NCBI GenBank assembly: GCA_035531555.1
Contig: DATKSR010000053.1
Location: 6,497 to 70,496, forward strand
Direction of reading: 5' to 3'
Origin: Candidatus Dormiibacterota bacterium
GTDB taxonomy: Bacteria > Chloroflexota > Dormibacteria > Aeolococcales > Bog-877
Length of the DNA stretch: 64,000 nt
Shown piece by piece: positions 18,526 through 27,409 of the stretch (positions are counted from its first letter, which is position 1; every line of letters begins with the position of its first letter). Made by a program: the position numbers and the translations under genes. Below the pieces are notes generated by a model. That model ran no database searches and had not been told where the DNA came from. It saw only the letters and a program-made list of their open reading frames with translations.

Positions 18526-19458
18526 TTGAGCGTCGGGTTCGGCGCTGGCATCGAGACCGTTGCTCCGGGAGTCGAGGTCGCCACTCCTGAGGGTGGTGAG
18601 GGCTATCGGAGCGGGAGCATCTGGCGGATGATCCTGGCGGTTTTCCTGGAGAACAAGCTAGCGGTCATCGGAATCTTCTTGATCATCTTCTTCATCCTGT
18701 TCTCCTTCCTGGGCCCGATTCTCTATCACACGCAGCAGGTCTTCGCCAACCCCAACATCAAGGACCAGGGTCCGAGCATCCAGCACCTTCTCGGCACTGA
18801 CGACGACGGGTTCGACAACCTCGGCCGGCTGATGCTCGGCGGTCAGACTTCGCTGGAAGTCGGGTTGGCGGCCGCGATCATCGCCGTGACCGTCGGAGTG
18901 ATCTGGGGGGCGGCGGCGGGCCTAGCGGGCGGCATTGTGGACGCGGTAATGATGAGGATCGTGGACTCGCTGCTGGCGATCCCCTTCCTCCTCCTGCTGA
19001 TCCTGCTGGGAACCATCTTCACGGTGTCCGTTCCCGAACTGGTGATCGCTATAGCCTTTGTGGCCTGGCTGGGGCCCGCCCGACTGGTACGCGGTGAGAC
19101 CCTGTCCTTGAGGGTTCGAGAGTATGTCCAGGCGGTGAAGGTGATGGGGGGGAGTCAGCGCCGCGTGCTCCTGCGCCACATCATTCCCAATACGGTCGGG
19201 ACAGTGGTGGTCAACGCTACCTTCCAGGTGGCGGACGCCATCATCGCGGTGGCGACCTTGAGCTACCTGGGTTTCGGGATCGCGCCGCCGGCCACTAACT
19301 GGGGCCTTCAGCTGGCCAACGGGACGGACTACATCTACGCTGGGTACTGGTGGTTGATCTATCCGGCCGGCGTCTGCATCGTGCTAACGGTGATGGCGTT
19401 CAACTTCGTCGGTGACGCCCTGCGCGATGCCCTTGAGGTGCGCCTCCAGAAGCGATAG
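18526..19458 (+). CDS. ABC transporter permease, DppC/OppC-like
   Basis: HLLGTDDDGFD motif, polytopic, and the conserved loop YVQAVKVMGGS. Confidence 0.85.
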   Translation: MSVGFGAGIETVAPGVEVATPEGGEGYRSGSIWRMILAVFLENKLAVIGIFLIIFFILFSFLGPILYHTQQVFANPNIKDQGPSIQHLLGTDDDGFDNLGRLMLGGQTSLEVGLAAAIIAVTVGVIWGAAAGLAGGIVDAVMMRIVDSLLAIPFLLLLILLGTIFTVSVPELVIAIAFVAWLGPARLVRGETLSLRVREYVQAVKVMGGSQRRVLLRHIIPNTVGTVVVNATFQVADAIIAVATLSYLGFGIAPPATNWGLQLANGTDYIYAGYWWLIYPAGVCIVLTVMAFNFVGDALRDALEVRLQKR

Positions 19459-19501
19459 CGGGCGGGACTCCCGGGCTATGCCGCCGCAGCAAGGTACCGA
19501 G

Positions 19502-19526
19502 CATCCCGGGCGCTGTCCCAGGGATG
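19502..19526. terminator. Hairpin between convergent permease and ATPase genes
   Basis: CATCCC...GGGATG 6-bp stem with an internal GGG/CCC pairing. It lies in the 76-bp convergent spacer. No T-tract. Confidence 0.3.
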
Positions 19527-19534
19527 TGTATGTC

Positions 19535-20578
19535 TCAGGCGGCGCTCTGAGGGGTCTGAAGCGGGAAGTGGCACGCCGCGAGGTGCTGGGGGCCGAAGGG
19601 GCGCATCGGTGGCTCCTGCTCGCTGCAGAGCGCCTGGGCTCGCGGGCACCGCGTGCTGAAGCGACAGCCGGGGGGTGGATTGAGCGCGGACGGCAACTCC
19701 CCACGAATTGGGATGACATCCTTGGTCCGCTCACGGTTGGGGTCGGGTTCGGGGATGGCGCTGATGAGTCCCTGGGTGTAGGGGTGGGCGGGCCGCTCGT
19801 AGATCTCGTGGCTCGGTCCGACCTCGACGAGCTTCCCCAGGTACATGACCCCGATCCGGTCCGAGAGGTACTTGACGACCGAGAGATCATGCGAAATCAC
19901 CAGGTAGGTGAGCCCGTGGGTCTTCTGGAGGCTGTTCATGAGATTGAGGATCTGAGAGCGAATCGAGACGTCCAAGGCTGATACCGGCTCGTCCGCCACG
20001 ATCAACTTGGGGTTGAGGCTGAGGGCCCGGGCCAGGCCGATGCGCTGACGCTGGCCGCCGGAGAACTCGTGAGGATAAAAATCGACGGCCTTGGGGCTGA
20101 GACCGACCTCCGAGAGCAGCTGACGCACTCGGGCGGAGCGCTCCTCCCTGGTGCCGATCTTCTGGACGTTGAGCGGCTCTCTGACGATCGTTCCCACCCG
20201 CATTCGGGGATCGAGGGATGCGTAGGGGTCTTGGAAGACCAGTTGCAGGTCTCGCCTCTGCCTCCGTCTCTCGGAGCCACTGAGCCGGGCGATGTCACGA
20301 CCTTCAAAAAGGATCTCGCCGGACGTGGGCTTCTCCAATCCGACCAGCAAGCGGCCGATGGTGGTCTTGCCGCAACCGGACTCCCCCACCAAGCCGAAGG
20401 TCTCGCCCTTGGCGATGGCGAAGGAGACATCGGTCACCGCCTTGATGCTGCCGATCTTTCGCTGCAATACCGCTCCCGCGGTGACCGGGAACTCCTTGAC
20501 CAGGTGCCGTATCTCGATCAGGGGTGCCGTAGGATCCGCGGCGGCAGGCTGCGTGAGCGCAGTGGGGCTGGCGCTCAC
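19535..20578 (-). CDS. ABC transporter ATP-binding protein, DppF/OppF-like
   Basis: Walker [10 protein letters not shown], signature FSGGQRQR, Walker [13 protein letters not shown], and the oligopeptide-type C-terminal domain. Confidence 0.85.
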   Translation of the reverse strand: MSASPTALTQPAAADPTAPLIEIRHLVKEFPVTAGAVLQRKIGSIKAVTDVSFAIAKGETFGLVGESGCGKTTIGRLLVGLEKPTSGEILFEGRDIARLSGSERRRQRRDLQLVFQDPYASLDPRMRVGTIVREPLNVQKIGTREERSARVRQLLSEVGLSPKAVDFYPHEFSGGQRQRIGLARALSLNPKLIVADEPVSALDVSIRSQILNLMNSLQKTHGLTYLVISHDLSVVKYLSDRIGVMYLGKLVEVGPSHEIYERPAHPYTQGLISAIPEPDPNRERTKDVIPIRGELPSALNPPPGCRFSTRCPRAQALCSEQEPPMRPFGPQHLAACHFPLQTPQSAA

Positions 20579-20633
20579 GCCGGACCCGGCCGTGGGGCGA
20601 TCGCCGCCGTCGTCATCGTCAGCGTACGGTCAG

Positions 20634-21629
20634 TCACGCCGCGCCTCGGTGGAGAGTGTGTCCGGACACCGGGTTGAAGCAGGCGAACTCGTGACCGGGG
20701 GTGTCGGCTCGAAGCAATGGCTCTTCCTCATGGCACTGGGCGGTGGCGTACCGACAGCGCGGTTGGAAGCGACACCACTCCGGCGGATGGGAGAGGTCGG
20801 GAGGTAGTCCCGGAATGCTGTACAGGGGCGTGGCCTCATCCTGGTCCATGCGGGGAATTGACGACAGCAGGGCCTCGGTATAGGGGTGGCGCGTACCACT
20901 GAAAAGCTCGGTAGTTGCTGCGGATTCGACGATTTTGCCGGCATACATCACGATCACCCGGTCGGCTCTGCCGGCGATCACTCCCATGTCGTGGGTGATC
21001 AGCAGGACCGCCATATGCAGTCGCTGCTTCAGCTCGTACAAGAGCTCGAGAATCTGCAGTTGGATGGTGACGTCGAGAGCAGTGGTTGGTTCGTCGGCGA
21101 TCAGCAGTTTGGGTTCACAGGACAGCGCCATGGCGATCATGACCCTCTGCCGCAGCCCACCGGAAAGCTGGTGAGGGTAGTCTTTCAGCCGTTCTCTGGG
21201 CCGGGGCATGCCCACCAATCCCAGGACCTCCTCGGCTCGTTTCATCGCCTGAGCTTTGTTGGCGCCACGGTGGATCCTCACCGACTCGGCGATCTGGATC
21301 CCCACCTGCATCGTGGGGTTCAAGGAGGTCATGGGGTCCTGAAAGATCACCGCCACGTCGTTGCCCCGAATCTGACGCAACTCTCGATCTGAGAGACCGA
21401 CCAGTTCCTTATCGCCCAGGCGAATGCTGCCACTGGCGATGTAGCCGCCGGAGGGAAGAAGCTGGACGATGGACATCCCAGTCATGGTTTTGCCGCATCC
21501 CGATTCGCCCACCAGGCCGAGGGTCTCACCCGCGTCGATCGACAGGGAGACTCCATCGACTGCCCGGACTTCGGTATTTCGGAGCCGGATGTAGGTCTTG
21601 AGGTTGCTGATCTCTAGAAGTGAGGCCAT
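20634..21629 (-). CDS. ABC transporter ATP-binding protein, DppD/OppD-like
   Basis: Walker [10 protein letters not shown], signature LSGGLRQR, Walker [13 protein letters not shown], and a C-terminal Cys-containing oligopeptide ATPase tail. Confidence 0.85.
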   Translation of the reverse strand: MASLLEISNLKTYIRLRNTEVRAVDGVSLSIDAGETLGLVGESGCGKTMTGMSIVQLLPSGGYIASGSIRLGDKELVGLSDRELRQIRGNDVAVIFQDPMTSLNPTMQVGIQIAESVRIHRGANKAQAMKRAEEVLGLVGMPRPRERLKDYPHQLSGGLRQRVMIAMALSCEPKLLIADEPTTALDVTIQLQILELLYELKQRLHMAVLLITHDMGVIAGRADRVIVMYAGKIVESAATTELFSGTRHPYTEALLSSIPRMDQDEATPLYSIPGLPPDLSHPPEWCRFQPRCRYATAQCHEEEPLLRADTPGHEFACFNPVSGHTLHRGAA

Positions 21630-21636
21630 CGACTCA

Positions 21637-21642
21637 AGTATT
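21637..21642 (-). promoter_or_regulatory. Candidate -10 box (AATACT) for a leaderless dppD-like transcript
   Basis: On the minus strand, AATACT lies 7 nt upstream of the ATG at 21629, inside an unusually AT-rich patch (21636-21654). No SD. Confidence 0.3.
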
Positions 21643-21740
21643 CTTTATTAGAAGCACGAGGCTGTTCCCGGCCAAAGTGACCGGAGTATACCGGCCCGGT
21701 CAACCAGCCGCGCCGGCAGTCCGACCGAAAGAGCGTTCGG

Positions 21741-22748
21741 GTGTCGGCGGACCGGTACTGTCAGCTTGAGAAGATGAAAGCCCCAGCCAACCCCCGCCGT
21801 TCGCCCAGCTGGCGTCGGCTCGTTCCGGCGGTCATTTCCCTGGCGATCCTGGGGTTGATCGTCGAGTACGTCCGTCCGGACGAGTTGGGCGGCGCCCTGA
21901 GCCGCTTCCACCTCGCCTACCTACCGCTGGTCCTGTTCCTTTCGCTCGCCTACTATCTGCTCAAGGGCTACCAATGGCACCTTTTCCTCAAGCCCCTCGA
22001 GCTGGACCACGGGGCGGTGGAGACGATGCTCATCTATTTTGCTGGCCAGCCGACCGCCATCCTGCCCCTGGGTGAGCTGAGCCGGGCCTTCATCCTGCGC
22101 CAGCACGCCAAGGTCAATCTGGGGGAAGTCTCGGCCACGGTGGTGGTCCAAGAGCTGCTCTACCCGATCGGGCTGATTGCCGCGGCCGTCCCAGGCGCCG
22201 GACGGTTCCCCGGGGCCCAGGCAGCGGTGGTGGTGGCGTTGCTGGGGATCCTCGGCATCGCGACGATCCTGCTCTGGCCGCGGGCCTTCACCTTCGTTAT
22301 GCGGTTTGCGGTGAAGATCCCCATCGTCAGGCACTACTCCCGAGACCTGATGTCCCTCCATAAGGACGTGATCTTCATCGCCCGCCGACCGGTCACCCTG
22401 GGGCCCGCCCTGCTAGGCCCGGTGGCGGCGGTGATCGCCATCGCCATGTTCTATTTCACGATCCGGAGCGTGGGAGTCGATCTGGGCATCTACCAGGTGG
22501 CGTTCGTCTACGCCGTCGCCCACCTGGCCGGCGGGATCAGCCTGCTGCCAGGCGGGATCGGCGCCTACGAGGGTTCGATGACCGTCCTGCTGGTGGCGTT
22601 CGGGGTGACCGTCCCGGTGGCGGCCGCGATCGCCATCTTGAACCGGGCCTTCGACCGGCTCCTGGTCACCGTGGTCGGGACAGCGGTGTATTTCGTCATC
22701 CGACGGCCGCTCAACCTGCGGGGGATCACTCTGCTCCCCGACCAATAG
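21741..22748 (+). CDS. Polytopic membrane protein, flippase-like / lysylphosphatidylglycerol-synthase TM-domain (UPF0104) family
   Basis: ~8 predicted helices with a YLLKGYQWHLFLKPL-type segment. The family assignment is from pattern memory only. The start is uncertain (ATG at codon 12 is possible). Confidence 0.55.
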   Translation: MSADRYCQLEKMKAPANPRRSPSWRRLVPAVISLAILGLIVEYVRPDELGGALSRFHLAYLPLVLFLSLAYYLLKGYQWHLFLKPLELDHGAVETMLIYFAGQPTAILPLGELSRAFILRQHAKVNLGEVSATVVVQELLYPIGLIAAAVPGAGRFPGAQAAVVVALLGILGIATILLWPRAFTFVMRFAVKIPIVRHYSRDLMSLHKDVIFIARRPVTLGPALLGPVAAVIAIAMFYFTIRSVGVDLGIYQVAFVYAVAHLAGGISLLPGGIGAYEGSMTVLLVAFGVTVPVAAAIAILNRAFDRLLVTVVGTAVYFVIRRPLNLRGITLLPDQ

Positions 22749-22792
22749 CGATAGGCTTGCCGTGATCTGCAGCCGCAGCTAGGAGGCAGCCC

Positions 22793-23905
22793 ATGAAGGC
22801 CATCGTCACGACCCCCGGGAAGAAGGGCAGCGTCCGGCTGGGGGCGATCTCTGATCCCTCGGGTACTGGCATGGTCGAGGCGGCGGCCGGCAAGCCCGGT
22901 GCAGCGGTGGAGATCGCGGTGGTCGAGGTCGGAGTCTGTGGCACCGACCTGGAGATCGCCAACGACGGCTACGGAGCGCCTCCCGCGGGCCGAGACAGCC
23001 TGGTGCTTGGCCATGAGAACCTGGGCCGGGTGGTGTCCGCTCCCGAGGGGGTTGACCTTCAGAAGGGACAGCTGGTGGTGGCCACCGTGCGGCGCCCCTG
23101 TCCGGAGCGTTGCCCCCCATGCGCCGCCGGCCAAAGCGACGACTGCCTGACCGGCAACTACACCGAGCGGGGGATCAAAGGCCGGGACGGCTACATGGCC
23201 GAGCGCTATGTGGAGTCGGCCGACTATCTGATCCCGCTCCCCGCGACGCTCACCAAGGTTGGAGTCCTGATGGAGCCCAGCAGCATCGTCGAAAAGGGTC
23301 TGATCCAGGCCTTCAGCATTCAAAGGGGCCGGATGCCGTGGGACCCCAAGCAGGCTCTCGTCTGCGGCGCCGGGGCGGTCGGGTTGCTGGCCGCCATCTT
23401 CCTGCGGCTGCGTGACCTGGAGGTCAGCCTGGTCGCCAAGACGGACCCCAACTCGCCGGCCTACAAGGTCGCCAAAGCGGTGGGGGCCAATCTGCTGGAT
23501 GCCGATCAGCACCCGGTCTCTGGGCTGGCTCAGGAGCTGGGCCACATCGACCTCATCTTCGAGGCGACCGGGGCCTCGTCGGTGGCCATGGACGCCATCG
23601 CGGCCACCGGCCACAACGGGGTCTGTTGCCTCAGCTCGGTGACTGCCGGGGCGCGCACCGTCACTGTCGACTCCGACTCGCTCAACCTGGACATGGTGCT
23701 CGGCAACAAGCTGGTCTTCGGGACAGTGAACGCCAACCGCCGCCACTTCGAGGCCGCGGCCCGGATGCTGGGAGCCGGGGTGCGGAAGTGGCCCGGGGTG
23801 CTGGAGCAGATCGTCACCCGGCGGGTGCCGGCGGACCAGTTCGCCGATGCCTTCAGCCGCCAGCCCGATGACATCAAGACGGTGATCAGCTTTTCCGGAG
23901 GTTGA
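22793..23905 (+). CDS. Zn-dependent medium-chain dehydrogenase (glucose 1-dehydrogenase-like)
   Basis: VGVCGTDLEI and LGHENLG zinc/catalytic motifs, and a Rossmann GAGAVGLLA. The overall layout resembles archaeal-type glucose dehydrogenases. The substrate cannot be determined from the sequence. Confidence 0.75.
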   Translation: MKAIVTTPGKKGSVRLGAISDPSGTGMVEAAAGKPGAAVEIAVVEVGVCGTDLEIANDGYGAPPAGRDSLVLGHENLGRVVSAPEGVDLQKGQLVVATVRRPCPERCPPCAAGQSDDCLTGNYTERGIKGRDGYMAERYVESADYLIPLPATLTKVGVLMEPSSIVEKGLIQAFSIQRGRMPWDPKQALVCGAGAVGLLAAIFLRLRDLEVSLVAKTDPNSPAYKVAKAVGANLLDADQHPVSGLAQELGHIDLIFEATGASSVAMDAIAATGHNGVCCLSSVTAGARTVTVDSDSLNLDMVLGNKLVFGTVNANRRHFEAAARMLGAGVRKWPGVLEQIVTRRVPADQFADAFSRQPDDIKTVISFSGG

Positions 23906-25044
23906 TTTCGATGTTCCCTCAATCACGAGGGCGGTTCAGCCGCCAGGCCCACTGTGACCTCCCCGAAGGCACCTACGAAGAGGAGTTTGGTCGGCAGGGG
24001 TTCTTCGGCCCCGCCTCCCATCTCTACCACGCGCACGCTCCCACGGAGTGGCTGCGGATCGAGGGCCCACTTCGCCCGCGCGCCTACGACCTCCGTCGGG
24101 TCGAAGCCGCCGATGCCCAGGATCCCAGAGCCGCACTGACGCCGATCTTGGGCAACGAGGACCTGCGGATCAAGCTCTCACGGCGCATCGAAGCCATGCC
24201 CTTCGCCTACCGCAACGCTGACGCCGACCTCATCTACTTTGTCCATCGCGGCAGCGGGGAGATGACGACCGACTTCGGCAAGCTCCCCTACGAGCCGGGC
24301 GACTACCTGGTCCTGCCCCGGGGGACCACCCACCGCATCTTCCCCAAGGGTGAGGAGAGCTTCCTCTTGGTGATCGCCTCGAGCGAGATGCCGGAGCTGC
24401 CGTCAGCCGACCGGATGGGGCAGCACTCCCCCTATGACCGGGCGGTGCTGCGGCTGCCCGACCTGCCCCTGCACGGAGGGCCCCCGAACGCCGCCGGTGA
24501 GTGGGAGCTGGTGATCGAACGCGAGGGGCAGTGGACTCGGGTGTTCTACCCGTTCGATCCCATCGACACAGTCGGTTGGAAGGGTGACCTCAGCGCCTTC
24601 GCGCTCAACGTCAGGGACATCCGGCCAGTCACCTCGGGACGGTTCCACCTACCGCCGTCCGTGCACACGACTCTCAAGACCTCGGGATTCGTCCTTTGCA
24701 CCTTCACCCCGCGCCGAATCGAGGGAATCGACGACGAGGGAGCGGTGCGGCTCCCCTTCTACCATCGCAACATCGACTACGACGAGGTGCTCTTCTACCA
24801 CGCTGGCCAGTTCATGAGCCGGGCCGGAATCGACGCCGGAATGATGACCTGGCACCCCCAGGGCATCCACCACGGCCCCCAGCCTAAGGCGATCGAGCGG
24901 GATCGTCAGCAGACCAAGACCCACCACGACGAGGTGGCGGTCATGATCGACGCGGTGCATCCCCTGCACCCCTTGGCCGGTGCCGAGCAGGCGGAGATCC
25001 TGGAGTACGCCGAATCCTGGATGCCCCAGATCGACGACGACTGA
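23902..25044 (+). CDS. Homogentisate 1,2-dioxygenase-like cupin (short form)
   Basis: FYHRNIDYDE...WHPQGIHHGPQP resembles the HGD iron-site region (HRN...E...H..HGP). It overlaps the upstream dehydrogenase by 4 nt and is followed by an FAH-family gene. Confidence 0.6.
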   Translation: MISMFPQSRGRFSRQAHCDLPEGTYEEEFGRQGFFGPASHLYHAHAPTEWLRIEGPLRPRAYDLRRVEAADAQDPRAALTPILGNEDLRIKLSRRIEAMPFAYRNADADLIYFVHRGSGEMTTDFGKLPYEPGDYLVLPRGTTHRIFPKGEESFLLVIASSEMPELPSADRMGQHSPYDRAVLRLPDLPLHGGPPNAAGEWELVIEREGQWTRVFYPFDPIDTVGWKGDLSAFALNVRDIRPVTSGRFHLPPSVHTTLKTSGFVLCTFTPRRIEGIDDEGAVRLPFYHRNIDYDEVLFYHAGQFMSRAGIDAGMMTWHPQGIHHGPQPKAIERDRQQTKTHHDEVAVMIDAVHPLHPLAGAEQAEILEYAESWMPQIDDD

Positions 25045-25053
25045 GGGGCTGAG

Positions 25054-26091
25054 ATGCGCCTCGCGACGGTCGGGATTGGGAGTCCTCTCGGGCTAACCTC
25101 GCGGGTGGTGGCGGAGGTCAAGGACCCCCAGTCAGGCGCCCCACGTCTGGTCGACGTCACCGCCGCCGGGGAGCTCTGGTGGGCGGGCCAGGGCTCGGGC
25201 GACCCGGTCCGCTGGGCCGAGGCGACCTTTCCCCCGGACCTGACCGCTCTGCTGCGGGGCGGCCGCCGGGCGCTAGAAATGGCCGGGGAGGCGGTAGAGC
25301 GAGCCTCCAGGCTGCCCTCGGGGCAGGTGGCCCTCTCCGGCAGTCGCGTGCGCTACCGACCTGACGAGGTGGAGCGGCTGCCGCTGCTCCGCCCCCCTTT
25401 GCTCCGGGACTTCTACGCCTTCGAGGAGCATGTGGCGGCCGGGGCGCGGCGCCGGGACGAGCCGATCCCGGAACCGTGGTACCGGCGGCCGGTCTACTAC
25501 AAGGGCAATCCCGCCACCCTGCTGGCCCCGGGAGCGGTGGTGCCCTGGCCCGCGTACACCGACGCTCTCGACTACGAGCTGGAGGTGGCTTGCGTGCTCC
25601 TCTCCGGCGGCCGGGACCTGAGCCTGGAGCAGGCCGCCCAAGCCATCGCGGGGTACGCGGTCTTCTGTGACTTCTCGGCTCGCGACATCCAGGCGGACGA
25701 GATGAAGGTTAGGCTCGGTCCGGCCAAGTCCAAGGACTTCGCCTCGGGGTTGGGACCCTGGCTGGTCACCGCCGACGAGGTGGGGGACCCCGGTCAGCTC
25801 CAGGTCAGCGCCTACCTCAACGGCGAACGGGTTGCCCAGGCCCGCCTCAGCGAGGCCCGCTGGTCCTTCCCCCAGATGGTCTCCTACGCGTCCGGGGCGG
25901 AGCCCTTGGAGGCGGGTGAGGTACTGGCCAGCGGGACCGTGGGTGGGGGCAGCGGCCAGGAACGGGGTCGCTTTCTGGAGCCCGGGGATCGGATCGAATG
26001 CGAGCTGGAGGGAGCCGGTCGCCTGGTCCACGTGATCGGGCCCCGCCACGGAGGCGGGGGTGAGCTGGTGCCGAAGCCCCCGAAGGGCTGA
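25054..26091 (+). CDS. Fumarylacetoacetate hydrolase family protein
   Basis: DYELEVACVL, FSARDIQ, LGPAKSKDF and GTVGGGSG are FAH-fold motifs. Confidence 0.8.
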   Translation: MRLATVGIGSPLGLTSRVVAEVKDPQSGAPRLVDVTAAGELWWAGQGSGDPVRWAEATFPPDLTALLRGGRRALEMAGEAVERASRLPSGQVALSGSRVRYRPDEVERLPLLRPPLLRDFYAFEEHVAAGARRRDEPIPEPWYRRPVYYKGNPATLLAPGAVVPWPAYTDALDYELEVACVLLSGGRDLSLEQAAQAIAGYAVFCDFSARDIQADEMKVRLGPAKSKDFASGLGPWLVTADEVGDPGQLQVSAYLNGERVAQARLSEARWSFPQMVSYASGAEPLEAGEVLASGTVGGGSGQERGRFLEPGDRIECELEGAGRLVHVIGPRHGGGGELVPKPPKG

Positions 26092-26105
26092 CTGGCGGCA
26101 CAGTC

Positions 26106-26111
26106 TACAAT
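26106..26111 (+). promoter_or_regulatory. Candidate -10 box (TACAAT) upstream of infA
   Basis: TACAAT lies ~60 nt upstream of the infA start. The leader contains a GGAGCG/CGCTCC hairpin (26123-26140) and AGGAGG (26158-26163). Confidence 0.35.
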
Positions 26112-26171
26112 CGAGTTCCCGGGGAGCGCCTGGACGCTCCGTCTCCCTAGTTCACTTAGGAGGTCGGCAAT

Positions 26172-26468
26172 TTGGCAAGACGCTCGATGGGTGGCCGCGC
26201 TCGCCGCGGACCCTCGCGCCCTCGGGTTTCCCGGGTCACTCCCGTCGAGGAGCAGAAGGAGGAGACCATCGAGATCGAGGGAACCGTGGTCGAACCGCTG
26301 CCCAACGCCCAGTTCCGGGTCGAGCTCCAGACCGGCCAGACCGTCCTTGCCTACATCTCCGGCAAGATGCGCAAGCACTACATCAGGACACTTATCGGAG
26401 ATAAGGTCAAGGTCGAGCTCAGCCCCTACGACCTGACCCGGGGCCGAATCACCTTCCGCTACAAGTAG
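26172..26468 (+). CDS. infA: Translation initiation factor IF-1 with an Arg-rich N-terminal extension
   Basis: [66 protein letters not shown] is an unmistakable IF-1 S1 fold. TTG 26172 lies 8 nt after AGGAGG. Alternative starts are discussed in the findings. Confidence 0.9.
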   Translation: MARRSMGGRARRGPSRPRVSRVTPVEEQKEETIEIEGTVVEPLPNAQFRVELQTGQTVLAYISGKMRKHYIRTLIGDKVKVELSPYDLTRGRITFRYK

Positions 26469-27409
26469 TCGGGGCCGCGCTCCACGAAGTAGGCGATTGT
26501 GCTCTGGAGTCCCTCCGGTAGCGCCACCTGAGGGCTCCACCCCAGCTCGCTCGCTGCCAGCGAGCAGTCCAAGCAGCTCCGCAACTGCTCGCCATCCCGG
26601 GCAGGGCCGAAGAGTGGCGCGGGCGCCGGGCCACTTCCCGGGCGCAGCTCTGAGACGGCGCGGCCCAACTCCTCGGCCACCTCGGTCACCGTGGTCTCCC
26701 GGCCGGTGCCGATGTTGTACTGACCAAGTGGCCCCCGGATGATTCGAATGGCCGCCTCCACCAGATCCTCGACAAAGACGTAGTCGCGGGTCTGTCGGCC
26801 GTCTCCGTTGATCACGGGCGCCTGCCCGGCCAGGAGCAGGTGGGCGAAGATCGCGATCACCCCGGACTCGCCGTGCGGGTCCTGGCGGGGGCCGTAGACG
26901 TTGCCCGGCCGCAGTACGGCGGCTTGCAGCCCAAAGGAGGTGGCGAAGGCGGCCAGATACGCCTCACCAGCCGCCTTGGCCGCCCCGTAAGGCGACGCCG
27001 GTCGCCAGGGATGGGATTCAGGGGTGGGGATGACCTCGGTATCCCCGTAGAGCGCGCCGCCCGAGGACATGAAGACGAAGCGATCGACCCCGGCCCGAGC
27101 TGCCGCCGTCAGCAGCTGCACCGTGCCCAGGACGTTTATCTCCGCATCCTGGACTGGATCGCTCACCGACTTGCGAACGTCGATCTGGGCCGCCAGGTGA
27201 AAGACCACCTCCGGGCGCTCCTCGGCGATCACCTGGGCCACCGCCTGGCTGGCCACGCTCAATTCGTGGAACCGGGCCTGGTCGCTCACCTGTTCCCGGC
27301 GGCCGCTGCTCAGGTCATCGATCACAGCCACCTCATGCCCCTCGCGCAGGAGCCGATCGGTGAGATGGCTTCCGATGAACCCCGCCCCACCGGTGACCAC
27401 GATCCTCAT
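26459..27409 (-). CDS. NAD-dependent epimerase/dehydratase (GalE-like)
   Basis: [16 protein letters not shown] Rossmann motif and YGAAKAAGE (YxxxK). Only the C-terminal 316 codons of the 524-aa ORF look coding. The ATG overlaps the stop of the upstream gene (ATGA). Confidence 0.85.
   Translation of the reverse strand: MRIVVTGGAGFIGSHLTDRLLREGHEVAVIDDLSSGRREQVSDQARFHELSVASQAVAQVIAEERPEVVFHLAAQIDVRKSVSDPVQDAEINVLGTVQLLTAAARAGVDRFVFMSSGGALYGDTEVIPTPESHPWRPASPYGAAKAAGEAYLAAFATSFGLQAAVLRPGNVYGPRQDPHGESGVIAIFAHLLLAGQAPVINGDGRQTRDYVFVEDLVEAAIRIIRGPLGQYNIGTGRETTVTEVAEELGRAVSELRPGSGPAPAPLFGPARDGEQLRSCLDCSLAASELGWSPQVALPEGLQSTIAYFVERGPDYL

Noticed and set aside
19459-21740. Inverted repeats or a mobile-element signature at the borders of the flipped ATPase block
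   Set aside because: Comparing 19459-19534 with the reverse complement of 21630-21740 gave only a trivial 7-8-nt resemblance (GCTGTYCC). There is no recombinase or transposase gene nearby, so no mechanism can be claimed.
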